DNA from: a virus | Virus record (IMG/VR): IMGVR_UViG_3300021139_000002 | Coordinates: 32,001 to 96,000 of that record | Length of the DNA stretch: 64,000 nt | Direction: 5' to 3' (one strand) | The notes under the pieces: model-generated | Seen by the model: the letters and a program-made list of their open reading frames with translations, nothing else | What the model was told of the DNA's origin: nothing | The model's database searches: none | Part shown: positions 8,852 to 17,514 of the stretch, one piece after another | Layout of the letters: every line of letters starts with the position of its first letter | Numbering within the stretch: the stretch's first letter is position 1 | Position numbers and translations under genes: made by a program

Positions 8852-9348
8852 TGGCGTGGTTTTCAGTTAAAACATATTACAAAAAGTCCTGCGAACAGCA
8901 CGAATATTTTGTTCAACGTGAAGGGGAAGGCAGGATCAAAGTCGTTGACGGATTTCGTTTCTGCGAATATAAAATAGAAACTAATGATGATAAGTTTCCA
9001 GAGTTTGAATTTACATTTGTTCCAGGCGGCGATGGAAAGAAAGATAGTTTAGATCTTAACAACTTAACTGGAAAGAATATCGAATATTCAGAACTTGTTG
9101 AAATGTTCGATGGTGGATGTTGGGGTGGTGTCGAAGTTGAAGGCATCGAAGATGAAGACGAAGTTGAAGAACTAGAAGAATTCATTAGTGAAAACGGTGC
9201 ATACGCATTGGAAGATGAAGATGAATGGTACCTAGACGAAACAGAAGTTTGGGTATGGGGTCCTTTAGAAGTTACTGATGAAGACGGCAACACTCGTATT
9301 ATCATTGCCGACGAAAATGGTAACATCACTGACTTTGTAGACGAGTAA
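8851..9348 (+). CDS. Highly acidic hypothetical protein
   Basis: 165 aa, roughly 28% Asp/Glu by hand count; SD AAGGAG. Confidence 0.7.
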   Translation: MAWFSVKTYYKKSCEQHEYFVQREGEGRIKVVDGFRFCEYKIETNDDKFPEFEFTFVPGGDGKKDSLDLNNLTGKNIEYSELVEMFDGGCWGGVEVEGIEDEDEVEELEEFISENGAYALEDEDEWYLDETEVWVWGPLEVTDEDGNTRIIIADENGNITDFVDE

Positions 9349-9364
9349 TTGGACAACCAATATA

Positions 9365-9393
9365 TTGACTTATACTATAAGACCTGCTATATT
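9365..9393 (+). promoter_or_regulatory. Sigma70-type promoter
   Basis: TTGACT-17 nt-TATATT. Confidence 0.55.
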
Positions 9394-9399
9394 TAACGT

Positions 9400-9912
9400 A
9401 TGAAAAGAGATTACGAGTCCGGTACATCTGATAATGTCCAATTTTTTATTGGCAGAGAAATTGAACATACGCCTGCATTTGGTAAAATGACATTGTTTGT
9501 AACAGGTGTACACCCAACTGACGAAATTGCTCTAAACCTAAACGGTGCAGAGCATATCTTCTTTGGTGCTAATCATAGTTTTAATCCACAAAATAATTTG
9601 GATTGGCAACGTTGGGAGACAATGATATCATTCTTTTTAGATAAAGGATATCTGTGCAGTCTCGATATTCCAATGAGTGCTGTTGAAGAATTTAACGAAA
9701 ACGGGTTAAACGAGTACGATAACTTTATTCCACAGATACGTGTACCAATTCCGTATATTAAACTTTGGAATTATAATACAATGATTAAAATCGACGATAT
9801 AGATTTTAATGCAACAAATCCAGGTGTGTGGTCTCATAGTCTACATGATTTAAAGGATCGTTCCAAATTTACAAGTTGGGACAAATATAAAAACGATAAG
9901 GTATTAAAATGA
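9400..9912 (+). CDS. Hypothetical protein in the DNA-modification cluster
   Basis: 170 aa alpha/beta-like ORF (EIEHTPAFG, HIFFGANHSF), first gene after the promoter. Confidence 0.7.
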   Translation: MKRDYESGTSDNVQFFIGREIEHTPAFGKMTLFVTGVHPTDEIALNLNGAEHIFFGANHSFNPQNNLDWQRWETMISFFLDKGYLCSLDIPMSAVEEFNENGLNEYDNFIPQIRVPIPYIKLWNYNTMIKIDDIDFNATNPGVWSHSLHDLKDRSKFTSWDKYKNDKVLK

Positions 9913-10088
9913 TTAATTCAAAAATTACAAAAGGTGCCCCTAAAGAGGATCCGCAAGAGAAGCTGTTCAAGTTACTTGAAAGTATTGACTGGAAGTTATG
10001 GGAAATGTATAATATGATGAAAGACAGCCAAACTCTTGTAACTAAAAAGCCTACAACAACCAAAGCAAAAAAGACAACAGATGAGTGA
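9909..10088 (+). CDS. Small hypothetical protein (59 aa, absent from the ORF track)
   Basis: MINSKITKGAPKEDPQEKLFKLLESIDWKLWEMYNMMK...; ATGA overlap with the upstream gene and overlap with the downstream start. Confidence 0.6.
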   Translation: MINSKITKGAPKEDPQEKLFKLLESIDWKLWEMYNMMKDSQTLVTKKPTTTKAKKTTDE

Positions 10089-10464
10089 ACTATCAATGAT
10101 TTGGGTTACCTTCCAGAAAGAAGGTATCCACTGCTACCCTGCCGCGGCAACTGATCCTAAACTTGCCACAGGCGATGAGTATGATGTTAGTTTCTTAGGA
10201 ACACCGCATCGTCATATCTTTCACTTCAAAGTTTCTATTGAAGTCTTTCAAGATGATCGTGATATCGAATTTATCCAGTTTAAGCGTTGGCTTGAAAAGT
10301 GCTACAGCGATGGCACATTAGAGCTTAACCACAAATCCTGTGAGATGATTGCTCGTGATCTTAACACGACAATTACCGCAAGATATCCAGGTCGTAAGAC
10401 CTCGATTGAAGTAAGTGAGGATGGCGAGAATGGCGCTACCCTTGCATTTTTTAACCAAACCTAA
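10081..10464 (+). CDS. T-fold QueD-like protein (possibly DpdL-type CDG decarboxylase)
   Basis: LGTPHRHIFH metal motif, LNHKSCEMIA and terminal VSEDGENGA typical of the PTPS/QueD fold; lacks the canonical QueD CxxxHGH motif. Confidence 0.65.
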   Translation: MSELSMIWVTFQKEGIHCYPAAATDPKLATGDEYDVSFLGTPHRHIFHFKVSIEVFQDDRDIEFIQFKRWLEKCYSDGTLELNHKSCEMIARDLNTTITARYPGRKTSIEVSEDGENGATLAFFNQT

Positions 10465-10481
10465 TATTAGGAAATAATAAA

Positions 10482-10724
10482 ATGGCACAACCCGCCTACA
10501 TTCAAAAAACCCTTCGTATGAAACCCGAAGTCGAAAAAATCTTCGATGACCTCGATGCATGGCTTGACCATTGCCGTTTCAACCTGTTGGATTTTAATCC
10601 AGCAGACTTGTATCGCTCGCAAGAGTATCGATACTTTGCCAATCGCGGCAAACCACGCGAAGGATACAAGGGTAAAAATCCTCGTTACGAGAATCGAAAC
10701 AATGGCGAACGTTTTTCTCGTTGA
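10482..10724 (+). CDS. Hypothetical protein
   Basis: 80 aa ORF with SD AGGA. Confidence 0.6.
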   Translation: MAQPAYIQKTLRMKPEVEKIFDDLDAWLDHCRFNLLDFNPADLYRSQEYRYFANRGKPREGYKGKNPRYENRNNGERFSR

Positions 10725-11775
10725 TCTTGAAAGCGTAGAAACAAGGTACACGGGTCAATGGAAGGCCCATGTACCTAATCTACTTTCAAAAGCAGGACAT
10801 AATGTTCAAGTTATATCTGGCCCTACTGATATCCCTAGTGCTACTACCCCTGGTGCTTTTCTTAATTTTGGCGGCACCAATATCTACAAAGCAAATCAAG
10901 TCGAGCAGATTGGACGGTTATTTTGCTCCGGAGCAGTTAAACCTGGCGATCATTTTTTGTTTACTGACGCTTGGCATCCTGGCATCATTAATTTAAAGTA
11001 CATGAGTCAATTACTAGGCATCCCAGTAATTACACATGGACTATGGCATGCCGGGTCATACGACCCTCAAGACTTTTTAGGTCGTCTTGTTGGAGATACT
11101 CCTTGGGTTAGACATGCTGAAAAGAGTTTCTATCATTCGTTTGATCATAATCACTTTGCTACAGAATTTCACATCGAGATGTTCTGTAAAAATTTGTTAG
11201 ATTATGTAAACTCAGATGTTGTTCGTCAATTTGCACCAACTAAAATTGTACGCACAGGTTGGCCAATGGAATATATGGTTGATACACTTTCTTCATACAA
11301 GGGTATGAATAAACGAGATCTAATCTTGTTCCCACATCGCATCGCACCTGAAAAACAAGTCGATATTTTCCGAGACTTAAAAGAACACTTATCACAATAC
11401 GAGTTTGTTGTATGTCAGGATCAGCAACTAACTAAAAATGAATATCATAATTTGTTAGGTGAAGCAAAACTGGTATTCAGTGCAAACTTGCAAGAAACAT
11501 TGGGTATCAGTTGGTACGAAGGTGCTATTGTAGGTGCTATTCCAATGGTGCCAGATCGTTTAAGTTATAGCGAAATGGCATTTGATACATTTAAGTATCC
11601 TAGTGCGTGGACTGAAAATTTTAATTCATACGCATTTCATAGGCCGGAATTATGCAGTAAAATTATCCAATACATGGATAATTATGAAAAATTCTTACCT
11701 ACGTTGAATAAGCAGGTCGATTCTTTAACTGAAAATTTCTTTAGTGCAACTACATTGGTGGAGATGATTAAATGA
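10702..11775 (+). CDS. GT-B (GT4-like) glycosyltransferase
   Basis: HRIAPEKQ (R...K) and QETLGISWYEG (E-x7-E) nucleotide-sugar-binding motifs. Start placed at ATG 10702. Confidence 0.8.
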   Translation: MANVFLVDLESVETRYTGQWKAHVPNLLSKAGHNVQVISGPTDIPSATTPGAFLNFGGTNIYKANQVEQIGRLFCSGAVKPGDHFLFTDAWHPGIINLKYMSQLLGIPVITHGLWHAGSYDPQDFLGRLVGDTPWVRHAEKSFYHSFDHNHFATEFHIEMFCKNLLDYVNSDVVRQFAPTKIVRTGWPMEYMVDTLSSYKGMNKRDLILFPHRIAPEKQVDIFRDLKEHLSQYEFVVCQDQQLTKNEYHNLLGEAKLVFSANLQETLGISWYEGAIVGAIPMVPDRLSYSEMAFDTFKYPSAWTENFNSYAFHRPELCSKIIQYMDNYEKFLPTLNKQVDSLTENFFSATTLVEMIK

Positions 11776-12236
11776 AATGGTTATTAAATACACTCGAGCG
11801 TTTAGGTCGTAAACGTGTTGTGATGGATAGAATTAACGATGAACCTTATCTTGAACGTTATTACCTTTTTCTTAAAGATAGAAAGCGGTTCCCTTTCAAT
11901 ATGTTTCTTCACCGTTTCCTTAAGTCAGATCCCGATGATGTGCATGATCATCCATGGCCTTACGCTACACTTATCTTAAAAGGTGGTTATTATGAATGGA
12001 CTCCTATATTCGACGGAGAAAACAAAAAAATCGGAGAAGTACGAAAATGGAAGGGCGCTGGACACTTTCGTACTTGTAGTGCTCGCTCTTATCATCGTAT
12101 TGAGCTTGACCCTAGCGTAGAATGCTGGACATTGTTTATGCCTGGTCCACAAACCCGTGAATGGGGATTCTTATACAAGAATAAGTGGATGCACAACGAC
12201 GAATATCTTAAAGGTCGAGCTGAGAGAATTTTGTAA
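11772..12236 (+). CDS. Cupin-fold protein
   Basis: HDHPW...ILKGGYYE and a later HRI form the cupin metal-site pattern. Confidence 0.65.
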   Translation: MKWLLNTLERLGRKRVVMDRINDEPYLERYYLFLKDRKRFPFNMFLHRFLKSDPDDVHDHPWPYATLILKGGYYEWTPIFDGENKKIGEVRKWKGAGHFRTCSARSYHRIELDPSVECWTLFMPGPQTREWGFLYKNKWMHNDEYLKGRAERIL

Positions 12237-13245
12237 TTCTCTGATCATCTTCATTAATGCAGGAAATCATTCCGCATTTTTGAGGACCTTGAGGGGGCAT
12301 CCATCCAGGATGCCATATATTGCCTAATGCAATGTTATTGCAATTACTGCCGGATACCCAACCTTGTCCGCCTATATTCAATCTTTCAACTCCAGCATTA
12401 CATAGTTGTCCTACGTAACTAGGATGCTTACTATAGGTATCTTCATACCTTTCATCCCAAGTAGTTTCTTGAAAGTAAATCTTTTCTTCTACTAATTTAC
12501 TTGTCTCCACGGGCGGTGGCGGTGGCGGTGGTGGGGGAGGAGGTTCCGGAGGCGGTGCTTCTGCTAGTCTACGTCGCATTTCTTCTTCGCGACGTTTTTG
12601 TTCTTCAATACGTTTTGCACGTTCTTCTAAAGTACGTTGACGCATTTCTTTAGACATGTTATAAAAATCAATTTTTTGCAAATCTTCGTATGAATATTTG
12701 AGCATACCTGCACTAGGATCTGCATTAAAATACAATTGAGTTTTCGAAACCAACATATCAATTGTATCTTCTAACTCAAGCACTCTATCAATATCTTCTT
12801 GTACATTGGTATTTCTTATAGGCGCACTAATTGTAAATTTTTTACCTTTGGCATTAAATGTATCTACAATATATTTTATCAATGCAGGATTTTGCCAATG
12901 GTGATATGTTAGCACTAAGTTATCTACATACGGTTCTAACGCCCACCAATCTAACCAAAGTTTACCGCCATTAGTATGTAGTGTAACACTATCGCCGTTT
13001 GCTCTACATAATTTTAAAAATTGAGCAATATAATCCATATCTAACGGTTCGCCGCCGTTAAAAATCCATTCTATACTTCTGCCCTGTTTCTCTTTATAAG
13101 AATCTATAAGTAATTGAGCAATACGTAGATATTCGTTTATTTCGGGAGGAAGGCCGCCTCCCCTAGAATGAGTTGGACAATACTCACATTGGGCTTTGCA
13201 GTAATCGTTTAATGTCCAAGATATAATTGTTTTTAAATTGTCCAT
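12208..13245 (-). CDS. Radical SAM protein with poly-Pro insertion and Cys-rich (SPASM/Twitch-like) C-terminus
   Basis: CKAQCEYC, GGEP and TNG motifs; C-terminal CNAG...C...C...C. Confidence 0.8.
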   Translation of the reverse strand: MDNLKTIISWTLNDYCKAQCEYCPTHSRGGGLPPEINEYLRIAQLLIDSYKEKQGRSIEWIFNGGEPLDMDYIAQFLKLCRANGDSVTLHTNGGKLWLDWWALEPYVDNLVLTYHHWQNPALIKYIVDTFNAKGKKFTISAPIRNTNVQEDIDRVLELEDTIDMLVSKTQLYFNADPSAGMLKYSYEDLQKIDFYNMSKEMRQRTLEERAKRIEEQKRREEEMRRRLAEAPPPEPPPPPPPPPPPVETSKLVEEKIYFQETTWDERYEDTYSKHPSYVGQLCNAGVERLNIGGQGWVSGSNCNNIALGNIWHPGWMPPQGPQKCGMISCINEDDQRITKFSQLDL

Positions 13246-13252
13246 ACGGTCC

Positions 13253-13281
13253 TTGACAAGTCTAAATAAAGTATGTATAAT
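13253..13281 (+). promoter_or_regulatory. Consensus sigma70 promoter
   Basis: TTGACA-17 nt-TATAAT. Confidence 0.85.
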
Positions 13282-13305
13282 GTACTTATCTTATCAAGGC
13301 GTACA

Positions 13306-13590
13306 ATGGATTTAGACTCAAAAACTAAAGAAGTAATGGACATTCTACAAGAAGAATGTGCAGAGGTTATACAGGCAGTTAGTAAAATTAGCCGATTTGG
13401 AATTGATAACCTTAAACCAGGCAAACCAAAAACTAATCGAGAACATCTCGAGGAAGAACTCGGAGACATGTTGGCTATGATCGATATCTTAAAAGAAAAA
13501 GGTATCGTGTCCGGCGCTTGTTTAGAAGCAGCCAAATATGCCAAAATTGAAAAACTAAAAAAATGGTCAAACATATATGAGCAAAATTAA
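13306..13590 (+). CDS. MazG-like NTP pyrophosphohydrolase
   Basis: LQEECAEV...LEEELGDML motifs. Start placed downstream of the promoter. Confidence 0.8.
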   Translation: MDLDSKTKEVMDILQEECAEVIQAVSKISRFGIDNLKPGKPKTNREHLEEELGDMLAMIDILKEKGIVSGACLEAAKYAKIEKLKKWSNIYEQN

Positions 13591-14431
13591 AATCGCAGAA
13601 CTCTTTTACTCAATACAGGGCGAAGGTCGCTATATGGGCGTTCCCTCTGTATTTCTTCGCACCTTCGGGTGTAACTTTAAATGCCAAGGGTTTGGCATGC
13701 CTCGTGGAGAACTTAGCAATGAAGCAGAAAATATTGACCCGTCTAAGTACACCGAGTACAAATCGTTACCTTTGGTTAGTACAGGTTGTGATAGTTACGC
13801 TTCTTGGGATCCTCGCTTTAAGCATCTATCTCCCCTTCTTTCTACTGATGCGATTGCCACTGCTATTGTTGATACGCTACCGTACAAGGAATGGCGGGAC
13901 GAACATCTCGTAATCACAGGCGGCGAGCCATTGCTAGGTTGGCAAAAGCAATATCCAGATTTACTCAATCACGAAAAGATGCGTGGCTTAAAAGAAATTA
14001 CTTTTGAGACAAACGGCACAATGCGTCTAACCTCAGACTTCACACAATTCATAAAAGACTGGGCATGGGATCATGAAAAATCACTAATGCGACAGGTGAC
14101 ATTCAGTGTTAGTGCTAAACTTCCATGTAGCGGTGAGCCATGGAAAGATGCTATTAAACCAGAGGTTGTTAAATCATATCAAGATACTGGTTCATATGTT
14201 TATTTGAAATTTGTTATTAGCACAGAGGAGGACCTTAAAGATGCTGAACGAGCAGTTGAAGAATATCGTGCGGCGGGCTTTACTGGTCCTGTGTACATTA
14301 TGCCTGTTGGTGGCGTTGAACGGGTGTACACTCTTAATAATAGATCAGTAGCAGAGATGGCAATGCGAAAAGGATGGAGGTATTCAGACCGACTTCAAGT
14401 GCCACTATTTAAAAACGAATGGGGAACCTAA
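13577..14431 (+). CDS. queE: 7-carboxy-7-deazaguanine synthase (radical SAM)
   Basis: ELFYSIQGEG, FLRTFGCNFKC...CDS, ITGGEP, ETNGT, and C-terminal YSDRLQ. Confidence 0.88.
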   Translation: MSKIKIAELFYSIQGEGRYMGVPSVFLRTFGCNFKCQGFGMPRGELSNEAENIDPSKYTEYKSLPLVSTGCDSYASWDPRFKHLSPLLSTDAIATAIVDTLPYKEWRDEHLVITGGEPLLGWQKQYPDLLNHEKMRGLKEITFETNGTMRLTSDFTQFIKDWAWDHEKSLMRQVTFSVSAKLPCSGEPWKDAIKPEVVKSYQDTGSYVYLKFVISTEEDLKDAERAVEEYRAAGFTGPVYIMPVGGVERVYTLNNRSVAEMAMRKGWRYSDRLQVPLFKNEWGT

Positions 14432-14610
14432 TGGAAACTCATAAAAGAACTATTGCTAGAACACTTAGCTATAGATTCACAGCATTACTTATAACTGCGT
14501 TATGGACAGGTTTAGGCGAAGCCGTTGCTATTCATTTTGTACTTGCATTGTGGCAATATTTTATAGAAAGAATCTGGCTTAAAATTAAATGGGGGAAGGT
14601 GAATGAATAA
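14431..14610 (+). CDS. Small membrane protein, DUF2061-like
   Basis: METHKRTIARTLSYR...ERIWLKIKWG pattern. Confidence 0.6.
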   Translation: METHKRTIARTLSYRFTALLITALWTGLGEAVAIHFVLALWQYFIERIWLKIKWGKVNE

Positions 14611-15049
14611 ATTTATTAAAAAAATATTTGGCATAGATAAAATCGAAGCCGCAACAGAACATGCAATCTCACAAGGCGAAGCAGCCGCAAGGTTAGCCAA
14701 AGAAGCATTAGATGCCGCAGAAGCCGCAAAAGAGCAAGAACGCCTTGCTAAACTTAGTCCAAAAGAATTGGCTACAGAAAAGAAAGAGCCTTGGATTGCT
14801 GTAACTAATACCCACGTAAATAAAGATAACCTACGAAATGGATTTTTTGAACTTGATTGGAACGAGTATTTTGTGTTACAATTAAGGAGTGCAGGTTATA
14901 TCGGTGAAACTGAAGAAGAAGTTGTAGACGAATGGTTCAGCGAACTATGTCGAAATTTGGGCAATGAAGAAGGTATCGATATGAGCCGCCGCGGTGCCGG
15001 TTACGTCAATCGTGCGTTACGTGATGATGGAAGATCTGAGGTCAGCTAA
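14603..15049 (+). CDS. Hypothetical protein
   Basis: 148 aa translationally coupled ORF. Confidence 0.7.
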   Translation: MNKFIKKIFGIDKIEAATEHAISQGEAAARLAKEALDAAEAAKEQERLAKLSPKELATEKKEPWIAVTNTHVNKDNLRNGFFELDWNEYFVLQLRSAGYIGETEEEVVDEWFSELCRNLGNEEGIDMSRRGAGYVNRALRDDGRSEVS

Positions 15050-16041
15050 TGAACAAAACATACATTCTTGTAGATACTGCTAATACATTCTTTAGGGCTA
15101 GACACGTTATTCGTGGTAGCCTAGAAGATAAAGTTGGTATGAGTATTCACACCACTTTGAGTAGTATTCGCAAGGCATGGCGAGATTTTAACGGCAGTCA
15201 TATTGTGTTCTGTTTAGAAGGTCGGTCGTGGCGCAAGGATCATTATGCTCCTTACAAGCGTAACCGCACCGACGCTCGGGCCGCGCAGAGCCCTCGCGAG
15301 GCTGAAGAAGATCGCGTATTTTGGGAAACATTTGATCAGTTCAAAGACTTCGTTATCAACAAAACAAATTGCACCGTATTACAACATCCGCAACTTGAAG
15401 CAGATGATTTAATTGCAGGTTTTATCCAAAGTCACCCTAACGACAATCACGTGATTATTTCAACAGATGGAGATTTTGCACAATTGATTTCTCCTAATGT
15501 TCGGCAATATAATGGTGTAATGGAAATTACAACTACACACGAAGGATACTTTGATGCAAAAGGTAAGCGTGTCATTGATAAGAAAACTAAGCAAGAAAAG
15601 CCCGCTCCGGACCCACAATGGTTACTCTTTGAGAAGTGTATGCGTGGCGACACCTCCGACAATATCTTCTCTGCATATCCGGGAGTACGTGAGAAAGGCA
15701 CAAAGAATAAGGTTGGTCTCCGTGAGGCCTTTGCCGATAGAGACAGCAAAGGATGGTCTTGGAACAATCTCATGTTGCAACGTTGGACTGACCACGAAGG
15801 TGTCGAACATCGTGTACTAGACGATTATTATCGAAATGTTAAGTTGTGCGACCTTTCAGCACAACCTGATGAGATTAGAAAGATAATCGATGAGACAATC
15901 ACTGCGGCAACTACAGCAGAGAAGAATATTCCACAGGTTGGCATACGCCTGCTAAAATTCTGTGCAGAGTACAACATGGTTAAAATTAGTGAGCAAGTAC
16001 AAAGTTATGCAGATCCACTTAATGCGAGGTACGTAGCATGA
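15049..16041 (+). CDS. rnh: 5'-3' exonuclease / T4 RNase H
   Basis: ILVD, EADD, STDGDF and GDTSDNI motifs of the FEN/5'-nuclease family. Confidence 0.9.
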   Translation: MNKTYILVDTANTFFRARHVIRGSLEDKVGMSIHTTLSSIRKAWRDFNGSHIVFCLEGRSWRKDHYAPYKRNRTDARAAQSPREAEEDRVFWETFDQFKDFVINKTNCTVLQHPQLEADDLIAGFIQSHPNDNHVIISTDGDFAQLISPNVRQYNGVMEITTTHEGYFDAKGKRVIDKKTKQEKPAPDPQWLLFEKCMRGDTSDNIFSAYPGVREKGTKNKVGLREAFADRDSKGWSWNNLMLQRWTDHEGVEHRVLDDYYRNVKLCDLSAQPDEIRKIIDETITAATTAEKNIPQVGIRLLKFCAEYNMVKISEQVQSYADPLNARYVA

Positions 16042-16520
16042 ATTCAACAGCCAAAGTATTAGTTCCAAATAAAGAATGGCTAGTTACTGATAACAATCAG
16101 AAAATTGGTGCCATCACAAAAAACAAAAAAGGTTATATCTTTACTAGAAAAGGAAAAGCCATAGGATTTAAAAATCTAAATGACTTAAAAAGTCAATTAG
16201 GTATTGAGTTGTTTGAAGAAGGCATTAAAAAAATTACAGCCGATCCCGATAACAAAAACTATGCAATATACGATTTTCCGTGCAGTTCAAAACCTTATGA
16301 ACCTGTATATAGTGTAAAAGAAAAACTTCCATTGTTTGCAAAAAGTGCCAAGAGTAAAAGCCGTTATTGTGCAGGTTATTACACAATCAAATTCCGCAAA
16401 GGATGGGTCAAATCATTCTGTCCTAAATTGATTACGTTACAACGATATGCCTATTACGGTCCTTTCAAAACTGAAACTGAAATGAAAGTTACATTAAATA
16501 ATGTGAACAAATATGAGTAA
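16038..16520 (+). CDS. Hypothetical protein
   Basis: 160 aa translationally coupled ORF. Confidence 0.65.
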   Translation: MNSTAKVLVPNKEWLVTDNNQKIGAITKNKKGYIFTRKGKAIGFKNLNDLKSQLGIELFEEGIKKITADPDNKNYAIYDFPCSSKPYEPVYSVKEKLPLFAKSAKSKSRYCAGYYTIKFRKGWVKSFCPKLITLQRYAYYGPFKTETEMKVTLNNVNKYE

Positions 16521-16722
16521 TCTTAATACATTTCCAATCGAAGATTTCCTAAATAAGGCAAGATTAGCAATTAAAACTAATCAAAAAAACCTTACCTTGA
16601 CTATTAAAGAAGTGACAGATTTACAAAATAGTCTTAGTGTTGTAATGACTAGAATTGCAGGTGAATCCAATTCTGATACACAAGAGGACATTGTTATCAA
16701 ATTGAACGGTGGTACTTTTTAA
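16513..16722 (+). CDS. Hypothetical protein
   Basis: 69 aa translationally coupled ORF. Confidence 0.6.
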   Translation: MSNLNTFPIEDFLNKARLAIKTNQKNLTLTIKEVTDLQNSLSVVMTRIAGESNSDTQEDIVIKLNGGTF

Positions 16723-16768
16723 ATAACTTTGGTAAATATATACGCACTTATCGGAGCAAGCGTATATC

Positions 16769-17068
16769 ATGAGCAGACCAAAGCCAACCGTGTTATTAGA
16801 GATAACAAATAAGAAAACATATAAAACAGAACAGGTTTTAGATGCAGAGGCCATTTGGGCTGTGTTTTACAAAGACAAGCCTATAAATTTGAAAACCAGT
16901 AGTATGTTAGGACAACAACTAGGTCCAAAATATAAAAAAGTCAGTTTTTCAAATGCCGGCCATGCACATAATCTTGCTGAAAAGTTGAACAAAATGTTTA
17001 ACTCCGAAGACTTCTCTGTTTTTAAACTAACTACCGGCGAGAAGTTATTAAATGACTCAAAAGAGTGA
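16769..17068 (+). CDS. Hypothetical protein
   Basis: 99 aa ORF with SD GGAG and an upstream TAAATA motif. Confidence 0.7.
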   Translation: MSRPKPTVLLEITNKKTYKTEQVLDAEAIWAVFYKDKPINLKTSSMLGQQLGPKYKKVSFSNAGHAHNLAEKLNKMFNSEDFSVFKLTTGEKLLNDSKE

Positions 17069-17444
17069 CATTACCAAATATGTAGCAGAACAAGAAGGGC
17101 TTTCCGTAGAGGAACCGCATCTTAAAAAATTGTTACCCGTTTGGTGGCAAAATCCTAGAAATAAACCAGTAGGAGGCCTACGTCTTACCGACGAAGGCTT
17201 TGCCCGATTGTCCAAATATTTTACAGCACTTCAAGTTAGATTTGAAGAAAAGTACGAAGACTTAAACTTTACAAACCAAATGATTCTCCGTTTGGATAAC
17301 TTTATTACATGCCCTTGGTACATTACCAAAAAAGGTATGTGGGTTTTCGATGATAAAATGGCTGTCCAATTAGTGTTGTTTTCCGGCAACATTGAAAAAT
17401 TTACATCTGCAAAAGCAAGATCGCTTGACAAATCCGCAAAATAA
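17052..17444 (+). CDS. Hypothetical protein
   Basis: 130 aa overlapping ORF. Confidence 0.65.
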   Translation: MTQKSDITKYVAEQEGLSVEEPHLKKLLPVWWQNPRNKPVGGLRLTDEGFARLSKYFTALQVRFEEKYEDLNFTNQMILRLDNFITCPWYITKKGMWVFDDKMAVQLVLFSGNIEKFTSAKARSLDKSAK

Positions 17445-17453
17445 GCGTATAAT
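17425..17453 (+). promoter_or_regulatory. Consensus sigma70 promoter
   Basis: TTGACA-17 nt-TATAAT. Confidence 0.85.
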
Positions 17454-17514
17454 CAATACATATTGAAGCACACGGCATTCAATATTTTTTAATCTAAATT
17501 TTTGAAAGCGTAAC

